Assembly: GCA_002633005.1 (NCBI GenBank)
Contig: NMRA01000900.1
Location: 41,785 to 105,784, forward strand
Source: Phoronis australis
Taxonomy: Eukaryota; Animalia; Phoronida
DNA length: 64,000 nt
Direction of reading: 5' to 3'
How positions within the stretch are numbered: the stretch's first letter is position 1; each line of letters opens with the position of its first letter. Of the stretch, positions 28,601 to 40,600 are shown in pieces. The notes beneath the pieces are model-generated. The model made no database searches, was not told the origin of the DNA, and saw nothing but the letters and a program-made list of their open reading frames with translations. The position numbers and the translations under genes were made by a program.

Positions 28601-31600
28601 CTAGCCAAAGCCCAGTTTAACATACAAAATAACCGACGATACATGTATCTCACGTAATCTCGCGAAGTCTTGGATTTTTAGCATGTTCCTAGGATACATG
28701 TAGTTTCTTGCGTTACTTAAATCTACCCAGCGGATTGTGCTAAAAACCCGAGACACCACACTCCACAACCCCCTCGACCCATGACCGACGACCCCATCGA
28801 CCCACAACTTACAACCAACTCATCACAGTCTAAACATGCTGCTTTCGATCTGAACAAAGAACAAGCGTTTACTTGCATGACCGACAAGTCGGACAGTCAG
28901 CTCGTCTGGCTTTTACATGTTTTTGCAATTAAGACAGTATATTCCCAAGTTTTAAAGCCAGTAGCAAAAAATTGCAAAAATGAAAGACCTGCGCTTACAC
29001 GCGCACAGTACTGTTGTTCCTGGGTTTTCTTCAATTTTATTCTTCTTCTTATTCTTCCTCTTCTTCCGACCAACTTTGAGGCTTAATAACTCCAAATTGG
29101 GTGCAGGTACGGTCTTTTAATTCAGCATATGACTTTTGACAGTATATAAAATTTGAATGGTTATATAATCATAATCCATATTGCACCGGAAGAGGTCATT
29201 TTGTGCAAAGGTCATGTACTATTCAAAATGCTATTCCTTCTTAATTTTTAAAGCAATTCTTTTCAAATTCGGTGCACAGGTACAAGTCAACATGAAAATT
29301 TAAAAAATTACTTTTCTAAGTAATCGCGTCATCCAATCAGGTGAAATAGGTCAAAGGTCATTAGGTGCAATCTAAAATTTTGAGCTAGACACTTCAAATT
29401 GACAGGTCAGATTGCCACAGGTGAATCAAATCGGAATCGAAAGTTTCAGGTCATTTAGTGCAAGCATGGGGTCATTAGGTGCGTTTTTCTTCTAAAAATT
29501 TGACCTTTTCATTCTCCAAGTACACTGATGTGTCAACCGTTAGACAACTGTGGTTCTCATCATTAAACACATTTTTCATGGGCTTTGCAATAATTCTCCT
29601 AATGACGCTTATAATGCACCGGATAGGGTCAATTAGTGCAAAGGTCAGTTAACGTTCAAAATGTTATATGTCTTTCGTTTTTCAAGGAATTCTTTTCAAT
29701 TTCAGAACACTGGTTTAAGTCAACATGCCAATTAAATACCCTACTTTACTTTGCAATAAGCCTAACCAATCAGAAAAAATAGGTCAAAGGTCATTGAGTG
29801 CAAACTAAAATTTTGAGCTACAAACTTCAGAATTACGTATCTGTTTACTAGGTGCGATTGAGTGTGAATTCTAAATTTGTGCACTCATGTGGTCATTAGG
29901 TGCATTTTTCTTTTGAAAGTTTGACCACTTCATTCATCTTGTGTTCTGAAGTGCTTAAAGTAAAACATCTGTGATTTTTAGAATTAACCACACACTTAAT
30001 CGAGTTAACCATTACTCTCTCATCGGGGCTCATAATGCACCGGAAGAGGTCAATTAGTGGAAAGGTCATCAAAAAATTAATATGTAAATTCACCTATAAT
30101 TATAAAGAATTCCTTTTCATATGGGTAAACGGGTTGCTGTCAGTAACTTCCCATAATAATTCCAGTAATACGCGCCCGCAGAGTCCGTGTCACGCGTGAC
30201 AATAATCTTTCTAGTGTTACAAATGTCGTTCCCAGGAAAGTGTTATCGTCTTGTCTGCTCTTCAATGAATGGCAGGCTCAACCTTTCTCTGGGAGACTGT
30301 GAGGAACCGACGTATACAAAATTTCTTCTGTAAATACAGTTAGAAAAAACAAACAAACTGTTAATCAAATAATATCTCAACGTTACATGGAGTGTATTGG
30401 AAACGAGTATTTAACAGAAAGCAAACAATACAAATGGGACATTATGTCCATTCACGTTGAAACACTCTCTCACTAAGTTTAGTAGAAGTTTAGTAGAGCC
30501 ATTGGTAGCCAATCGTGGAACTATTTCCGGGACAACGATTGCACGCTCATAATTCGCTACTTCAGATCTTGTCTTTTAGCAACTTTCTGTTTTTAACCAC
30601 CAGACTAAGCCAGAGCAGATTCACATGTGGATAAGTCAGGCGGGAGAGTCATTCAGTGACGTAGTATGATTATGAAATGTGAAAAAAACTCAAAATTAAT
30701 TTTATAGGCGCGGGTCCTGGGTCGAGGGAGCCTTATTTCGTATGGACTGTGGGTCGAGTGGGTCGTGGGGTTCCTGGGGTGTTGGGGTTAAGGGTGTTTT
30801 AGAACAATCCCTACCCACCTGCTAATCTGGATGGTTATGTGTCTAAATATTGCGTCGTGTGCGGACATCCAAGTCAGTTATGCTAACTCCCGTTTTCAGC
30901 TCTGAAAAAGGGAAGGTGTTTCGCTTTCTGTTACCACGTGTACGGGAGTAAAACATCTATGGCTCTACTGAGGGTGGTGTTTTACTACACAAACGACACT
31001 AACTATGAAGCCCTTAACATCCAGGAAAATATCGGTAACGAGTGGAGGTGCTCCAAGCTGCAAATAGATTCTACCTCAGACGATGTAAATGTGACGGTGA
31101 GACATTTTGTGGTTCATTTAACGGATTGGTAGTTCACTGGAATTCGGTTCATTCTTTTTGACTGTGTCAATGAGCATTATTCTTGCCCAAATTGTAGCAT
31201 TATACATAAATACAGTTATACACAGAAGTTAATATTAGCATTGATCCCATGCATGTTGTAAAAAGTTTGAGTGCAATTCGGCCATGTGGTACTGTATTCC
31301 GTGTTGCACCTCCGGAACTTCTTTTAACAGTGCCCTCTGTACTCTGACATGGGAAATACAAAAAGTAGGCCAATGTCCACTCGCCGGCCTGAACATCAAA
31401 TTTTCCCTTCTGAAGAACAAGAATTAGAAGAGTGTGAGATAAACACAATTTTGGCTTCGCTTTATAGACGGAATAATGTCTCGTGGGTCATCATTTTATG
31501 TCTGGCAGTAGGTGTAAGTTTTGTGAATACACGTCGTGCACTGAAGGTTAATATTGTTTTCCCTGTTATCCAAAACATTCCCTAAACATCGGTCTGTATT

Positions 31601-34600
31601 TGTGTTTTGTGAAACCCATGCGCATACCCAGCCAAAAAATGGGGACTCAAAATTTTCAGCATGTGGACTTTTTTCTATAAAGACAGGACCAAAAACGAGG
31701 TACTACGTTCAGACCCGTGAATTGTGCATTCGCGCAAAATTCCAGTGGACTTTTGTTTCGTTTAACTTCTTTTCAGGCGGACATTTTTGCCCGCTTCGCC
31801 AAAGGTAGGCTGTTTCGAGACCCCCAAGCTCCCTCCCCCTTAGCGCAGATGCAGCCATGATTCTCGAATCTTTAATTGACATGACCACTTCAAGGTATGT
31901 GCATCCATATGCTGCTTTGGTCAAGTGATTGATCACGGCGTAAAATTGGTCTGATCCCTCACATCGCAATCTGACGCATCTGCGTATTTGAAAACTGATA
32001 TTACGTGGGCCCGGCAAGATCATACTACAGCGACACTCTTTTGTGATTTAACCTATCATAGGACAGTGGAGGGACGATAATACTATATGTACGTTTGATA
32101 CAGTATGCCATATCAGTGAAAATTTTTTGTCGCTACTCTACCAAAAGAATACATGTATGGTGAAGGTCACGTGAAATCTTACTTCGCTACGCTGTTTTCT
32201 AATATGCGCGCACCCAAGGAGGGCTCGGGGGTGCTCGAACGATCCCCCCATTTGGCGAAGTGGGCAAAAAGGTCCGCCTGTGAGGTACAGAAAGACGATA
32301 AAATGAGATAAAAGTCTACTAAACAAGCAAAAACGCACAATTCACAGTGGTGCGCCTTTTTTTTCTTTTTTAGTCATCCGGCTATTTTGTTATTTTGTTA
32401 CCAAAAGGTCCACAACGTAAGGAATTCGAGCCCCCATATTGAAGGCTGGCTGCGTGCGTGTCTAAGTCAACTATGGCTACCAAAGTTTACGTGAGATGGC
32501 ACCCCTCGGTATTGAACTGAAATGATTTCCACTCTAAATGTACAACTCATCAAATGGGTTCTATTGAAATTAGCTCAGGACATCCAGGTTTAGTTTGAAA
32601 GTTTTATACAAGCTGTTGCAAATTTTAAAACATCAAGCATAAAATGTCAATTTCCAGTTACGTCCCTACAGTGAGATGATATAGCAATATCGCTCAGTTC
32701 TCGTGATACGGGTTGATAGTCAAGAAATAAAACATATATGGGCCACTTTATCAAATTCTTGAGTGATACACCACCTAAAAACCCCTTGTTCATGCCAGTT
32801 GTGTGGAAGTATTTTGCGTGCGAAACGAGTTCAATGGACCCTTCCAAGGGGACTGTGTGTTGTGGTCATTTATACGGCGATTGTTTCATGACAGGTGAGT
32901 ATTGTTATTTTTTGTGACGGCCACGTGATTAGAAAAGTGGTGATTCATTATTATAGGCGTAAACTTTGTATGAAGCAACATGACGTTGTAGGCTGATATT
33001 TCCGGGAAACGGTTTATAGTGTACAGGTCTGGAAGATGAATTGATGGCATGAGAACATAAGTAATTAGTAAGTGATTTTTAATGTAATTTATATAATTAA
33101 TATTTTAGATAATGATAGAGTACACTCGTCGACGTAGTTTTCAAGCCGACATAGCCGTGGATAACATCAGGACGTGGCCTGGTTATTGTTCTATTAATCC
33201 AGGTTAGTAGTACTCTGAGCAATGAGATCATTGTCGCCAGACACGTGCAGAATTGTACATGTATAAGGAGTCTGGTGACCTTTGTAATATGTGGTGCTTG
33301 TTGATGTCGACACTTCCCTCCCGTCATAAAAACTTTTGAGCCACTGACACAGTTAATTCGTGCCCCCCATTGACACAACCCAGCTGGTTATGAGGCGAAG
33401 ACCTATTCTGCAGCTTAGCCGAAGTCAAACTCTTCTAATGGCCGTAGACTGAAGCCAACTAAACCAGCTTATGAGTATAATAAGTGCACTGGTTATCATT
33501 TTTGCAGCTGTGTGGCGTGTAACCTGGTTTAATTGTTTTGGTAAGAAAACTTTAGAGGTCGCTTTTTGGTATGTGGATTGTATTGTTATGTTTTTTTTTT
33601 CATTTAGTTAAGTGAAAAAACAGGCATACTATATGTGTGTCGTTATACATGCATAATGCCTTCTGTGTATGTACACTGTAGCAAAGTGCCGAGGCTTTTT
33701 TGGATTTCAACTCAGTAGCGCTGTATATTTAATAAAAGCAGAATGATTGGTTTTAGACTCTTAGAAAATGAACAATTTATCTTGTTTGTGCCAATGTACT
33801 TGAAGAAAAATTAGAGAAATAAAAAGGTACACTGATAACAAAATGACAGCATCAATAACAACAAGGTCAAACTTTGTGTCATATGAATGTTCAACATGAA
33901 ATGTATGGAAACGGTTCAACAGTTTCATTTTATTTTCGTTCGGTGTGCTTTTGATTTTTTGAAGAAAATCATAAAGGTCTAGTTTATATTGTCGCTTGTG
34001 CGAAAGTGGAACATTTTAATAAGTTCGTACACTGTTTTGAAAAGCGGACCTTAATGCATAATATTTGAAAGTTCCGTATGAATCGGAAGAAACAATTCTG
34101 AGATATGATGCTCCGAATTTAGACAAGGTGGGATATCTTTCATGACATAATCCTAATAAATTGAATTTGTCAGCTACTGTATGCCAGTCTAGGGGTCTAG
34201 TGTGGCTCTGCTGTATCACAATACTCCAGCACTATGTTTATCTCTTTCAGTTGAACGGTGTGCAGATCCAATTCAACCTAAAAAGGCAGTTCTATCTGGC
34301 GGGGGAAAGTCCCTTTACGAGCCAGGGGATACCGTCACGTTTTCATGCATACCGGGGACGAACATTTCCAGCGGCGAACTTACAAGGGAATGTCAAATAG
34401 ACGGAAGCTGGTCTGGTGCGACACCTGTGTGTTTAGGTTAGCATCAGTGTCACCTGTCTATAAATAAGTACATGCTACAAGTACACAGTTGCTATGTCTC
34501 GGCGTTTTGTGAATATACATTTTTGGGGCTAAAATCCCAATCTTATTCACTGATATGATCAACGATAATTTTCATTGACTTGTTGTGTTAGGATAATGAC

Positions 34601-37600
34601 GTACCTGTTTAGGCTATGAGACAGATCTTATAATACAGGTTTAATTTGATTGTGTCTGTATGCCTGTGCATCACCAGGCCACGTAAAATTTATTGTAGAC
34701 AATAGGGTTACATTGCATTAATTATTTTTTGTCAATTACTTTGGTTATTGAGCATTCAGTATACCTGACTTTACTTCATTCATTCAAACTACACATCGTC
34801 CTTCGATTTTCCACGTCTAGTTGATTCAGGATCTCCTGTTTCTCACTTCTGCCACGAGTTCGCTAAACAGGTAATAATTAGGAGTTATGGGCCTCAAAAG
34901 GGGAGACCATCAAATGATTTTCTTTCTGATGAAAGGTTTCAACGGTATACTGTTTGAGCTTCCTAGAAAATACAAGCCTACAACACTACCGTAGGAGTAA
35001 TCGAATTATGTTTTAATAAGTAATCTATTATGAAATACAACTGATTTTCCTTTGATATTTAGAACTATTGTTCCAGGTATGCCTTGTCCAAATCCTGTGC
35101 CTGCGTCAAACGGACATATCTCTAGTACAGGCCCATTCACAGTTGGAGACGAGGTTACTTTGGGATGTAACACCGGTTACAACAAAACCGGAAGTGACAC
35201 CATTCTCTGTCAAATCGGAGGCACGTGGAGTCAAGCAAACATAACATGTCTGGGTAAGTGACTTTGAACTTGAGAATGTTTTGTTGCAAAAACTGAGTGC
35301 GTTTAGTCAATCATACATATATACATTCAAAAATAGTGGGTCTGGAACTTGTGTCCAAGATGGAAACTGTATGTGGGGGCTGTTCAGATGGGAAATGAGG
35401 GGACAGATTCGCTGGAGCCTGTTTCAGAAGTGCGAATGACGCCAAAGTAGTGCTATGTAACTATTCTCACTAAAACTCTCCCATTACAGATATCGACGAA
35501 TGTGCTAACAGTCCTTGTCCAGCAAAAGCCATCTGTACGAACACCGCAGGGAGTTATGATTGCGCGTGCATTGCGGGTTACCAAATGAGAGGATCTCTTT
35601 GTGAAGGTACCTGCATTGATAAATGGTGTTCAAATCAGTTCTTAGAATGGACAAACTAGCACCTTGACGAGCAGTCCGGGTTTACAGGCTTCGACTGTGT
35701 GGTGCATTGGCTGTGTGCTACATGTATATTGAGTGGTTGCTACATTGACTGTATGCTATATTGTCTGTGTGGTACATTGATTGTGCGCTATTTTGACTGT
35801 GTGGTACATTGACTGTGTGCTGTCTATTGACTGTGTGGTACATTGGTCGGTGCTATATTGACTGTGTGCTATATTGACTGCGTGATACATTGACTGTCTG
35901 CTATATTGACTCTGTGGTACATTGACTGCGGGGTACATTGACAGCGTGGTACATTGAATGTGTACTACATTGCCTTGGTGCTATATTGACTGCGTGGTAC
36001 ATTGACAGCGTGGTACATTGAATGTGTACTACATTGACTTGGTGCTATATTGACTGCATGGAACATTTTCCCTTTAAAGATGTTGACGAGTGCAGTTCAA
36101 GCCAACTGAACAACTGTCATCAATATTCCACGTGCACAAACTCGGAGGGGAGCTACGCGTGCTCTTGCAACGCTGGTTTCCAAGGCAATGGCACAGATTG
36201 CGAAGGTGCGTGTTTGGGTTCATCGAGGTATGAATAATAAAAGAGCAACGTTTTTTTTTGCGCACATCTATGGCATGCATACTGCGCGTTTAGTGAGGTT
36301 ACATATACATCTTGTATGGCGGCATTTTCATATATACAAAAGGTTGCTTTGATACATGAGCTTTCTTTATATAAAATTGTTGGGATATTTTTGGGGTTCG
36401 GGTGCTCTCCATCAATATTCTGATATGCATGTTGTTTTTGAATGTGATGATTAGTCACCAAAAGGGCATATTTTGGCTATAAGCGTTGAGATTTTTTAGC
36501 GCCACACAGTGAGGTAATGAGATACCTTTTACAGGATGGGTGAATGCACCATAGTGTTTAATCCTCTATGTTTAGAGGCAACGCATTCAATCTCAACCCC
36601 ATTTCTGCATTTGGCGTCAACGATTTTAGCCAATATTTGAACCCACCAAACATTGTCAGCAGATATATTGTCTTTTGATTCTTAATTTTACAAGTTTTGT
36701 GAAAGCTTACCCCTGCTTTTAGTTTCTTGTCTCTACTGAACTCATTAAAGTCCTAAGCCCAGTACTATCTTTCAAACCACAGACTAAATCTTTTATTACT
36801 TGACCCATTTGTTATGGAGAATAGTTTGGTCATTGATCTGTTGAGTCATTGCAGTACAGTATATAGTACTGCGTCATCGTTTCGAAATATTGATATCAAT
36901 TTCTTCTAGATCGCAAAATAGTACCTGAATGCGCCGTCTTAAGAAAAATCTGTAAGCGACATGGTTAAAACAGGACAAGTTACACCAGTAGATAGGTTTG
37001 CCTTTGATACATATTCCTCCCAGTGTTGTTAACATCGTTTTTCCAAAGGCTTTTTGAATAGCAGTTTCTGTTTGGGAATTAGTATAACATAATGAAACCA
37101 TGCTCGATAAGTCGTTCCCCATTTCAGATATCGACGAATGCGCAAGCAGTCCCTGTACAGCAAATGCCGTCTGTACGAACACCGCTGGAAGTTACAGTTG
37201 CGCGTGCAGTACAGGTTACCAAATGATAGGATCTCTTTGTGAAGGTACCTGCGTTGTTAAATAGTGTTCAAATCAGATCTAAGAACAAAAAGACTAGCAC
37301 CTGGTCACAGTCCGGGTTCACAGGCCTCGCAATGTTGGTCAAATTAGACAACAACATAAACCAAGAGAAGCTAGTTGCATACTACTGTAAAACTACAAAT
37401 AATAATCATCTTCAGTATATACGTCATGCCGCCGTAGCAAATTCTTATACATTATATTGCGGCACCTATTCTGCAACACTGTACTGTACGAATGTAAATG
37501 CGTCTGATGGCTTCAGTCTTTCCTCGGAAATGTCCTAATTACACCATAACAGTGGTTTCTGGCACGTGCTTGTTGCTTTTTGTTGAACTTGGTTATGATA

Positions 37601-40600
37601 TTTAATTGCCCATGAACTGTATTTTCAAAAAATCTAGCGGTCAGCATGATTTCGCTTTTCATCACAATTCAGTCTCGTCGATGCAGTGATTCGATTGCGT
37701 GTGCTTGCGGAGCATGGTCTGAAAAAAAACATGGAGATGCTGTGCTAGCGCTTTTTGTTATGGCGTGTAAGGCCTTGTTCCAATACGTTTCTGTGACTTT
37801 TGGGTAGATTTCGGGTGGTCTCAGAATAGATGCGGGGCGAATTTATGTCTTTAAGCAAGGAGGAGAAGGGTTCTAAATAGTTTTCGCGTCCTCCAGTACA
37901 AAATATGATTCCTTGGCCTCACCTCAAACGTTTTTATTGTTCTGCGTTGACTGGAGTGCCACCTGTTGTTACAGATATCGAGGAGTGTGCAGATGGATTC
38001 GATGACTGTGACATGGACGCAACATGCACGAATACAAAGGGCAGTTATATCTGTCAGTGTAACCACGGTTACACAGGAACTGGGGTGTCTTGCACTGGTA
38101 ATGTATTTCCTTCTGTTTAGTATGTGAACTACGTGTATTTAACTGGTAGTAAATATTGACGAGTTCGCATTTCTGAGATCAAAATTTTGGGCCATGTTTT
38201 TGTTGATGACAACCGATTGGTGAAATTTTAGTCGCATTTTTGTATGAATTGGTTTACAAATGGTTGGCTTCCCACAATCCATTGCACGAGAGACAGTTCC
38301 TTGTATATGCAGAACGGCCAAACTGTTGAAGAGACGTGACCGGGATTGACAGGTTGCTTCACATTGGTTAAAGGGCTATAATTTAAACGGCAGCTGAACG
38401 TGAGGTCTGCATAACTCGCCAAGACAGTAAAACAAATCAGATACATGTATCAGCAGTCTTATCGGTGTGTAAAATTGTCTTCGTTAGCGTGTAATGTGTT
38501 TGTCGAATGTACTCACTGAGACTCCATCACATAAAATCAATGTTGACATCACCGTTTTTAGATTACACATTTAAGACCGTGACGATTTCCGGTTGGCGAC
38601 TATACACATGCCTCAGCCGTTGGTTGGCTCGGCGGAATCGACGGAAACGATTAGGTGCAACCAGTGATTGGTACAATTATAATCCGCCATATTTGGCAAT
38701 ACACCAATCATAGATAAGTGACTGAGTGATGAGTATATGGTGGACGCAAAACAGAAGATGTCTTTTGAGCATACTCTGGCTGTCAGGAGCGGGTCCAGGA
38801 TTTTGAATTGGGGAGGCAGGGCACAGGGATAACCAAAATTTTGACAGAGGCGCCCGCCCAGCCTAAAGCGCGAGGATACAGGAGTCTCGAATATTTGGGG
38901 ATTGCAGACCTGTTGAAAAAAAAAACGGGAAACGGGGTTTGTTCAGGTCTATTCATTGTTTATTCAACCCCCCAGGGCCCCCTGGTTGCACAAGTGTGCT
39001 AGTCGGCAATTCGCAGCCGAACTCCCAAATGGTGTCTGGTAGAATTTTAGGGGGCCGATGGCCCCCTTGCCCCCCCTAAATTCCCCACTGTCTACTCTTG
39101 CTATATACATCTGTATATCCTTCACCAAGTCATGTGACCTACAGTGTATCTAGGGGTGACACAGTTGACTCCGTTGCGTAGCTGCAAGCGTCAGATGACA
39201 AATAGACGATGCTAGTTTGTGAAAGTAAATTTAGTGGTATTGCTTTAGGATATCTCCAACCTTATTCACATAAATTGACATTTTTTACAATATTTCACAA
39301 GTGTCAGTCTCGCGGAACTTCAAATACAAAATATATACCGTGAGGGAACAAAATTTACAGAACCGCCTTCGAACCGCTCAACCGCGTGGGCATTCGTTTA
39401 CTAGTTATCCGAGATCAAGGGTTACGGGGCTGTCACTTAAATGGAACCTCCCGCCAGGTACAGAGCAGCTTCGTGTATAACATCATTCCTTCCATTCACC
39501 GAGTGGCTATATTATTTAGTCAACGATGTGTACTTATGGTAGAACAGTACCGGGGAAACAAAGATAAGTAGTTTTGATCCTGAAGCAGTTGTCCGTCTAC
39601 AACATACTGCCGTTGAGAACGAATGTTACCAGTCGCCTCTTTCCTGTGTGACCATGAACACAGAAAGTTGTGAAAAGAGATAAATCCTCACCCAAGTAGT
39701 CTAATTCAATAAATAAATTGTCATCTCGCTATTTCGACTTATCCAGTTCTATCTTGGTTTCGTAATCCTCTCCCGGCTCGTGACGCTTACAGGTTTTGTG
39801 TATACAATGTAACTATACACCGGACCTACATTTAAGTAGGTCAAACAAGGGTAACAGTTGATCCCACCTCGTTTTAATGATAATTAAGAAATTTACGTAC
39901 TCTAATCGCTGTTGACATTGCGAGTGACTGTTGAATTAGCTAACATTTTTGAAGCGTATATACCTTTGGTGCGATAAATGGCGGTACATTCTTTCACAGT
40001 GGTACGAAAGGCAGCTCTGTGGATGTTGTTAATCCTGACTTCTCACCGCATAGAATAAAGAAACTGACAACATGAAATTCAGTCATTCCCCTTGGTTTAA
40101 TCTCGGGAAGACTCTTTCAGTTTACTGTTATGTACAATGTAGTATGGTGACCACTTTTGGCCGTTGAATTTTGCCAAACCATTAAAGCGGGCATTGAAGG
40201 AAGTAAACAAAATCGAGGGAACCCCGAACTGGTCTATGGCCGAGGCCAAACAAATGCAGTGCATATAAGGCGTGTGCAAACGGTTCTGACATGATCGATA
40301 AGCGTCTGGCCAAGCATGAGCATTGATACCCACACACGGACTTCCGGGGTGTATCGTTTCAGTGTAGGTGGCGCTGTGTCATAGTGTAAGCTGGCGATGA
40401 AGTCAAACATAGTCTCGTGTTGCAAGAGGTGGTCTCATATGCGATACTTAATCAAAAACTAGATGCCTATTCATGAAGCCCTTCATGGTTACCCTTATAT
40501 TCCCTTCACTCAGACTCTACTTAGGTGTCGTTAACCAAGTTGGCAACCTTGCCAAAGCGGCAAATGCAGGCTATTGCCGCCATCAGGGCTTAACATCAAT

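Noticed and set aside
32647-32847. Minus-strand ORF containing SDIAI, resembling a MAM end
   Set aside because: Wrong strand; the real MAM1 end is 33109-33202
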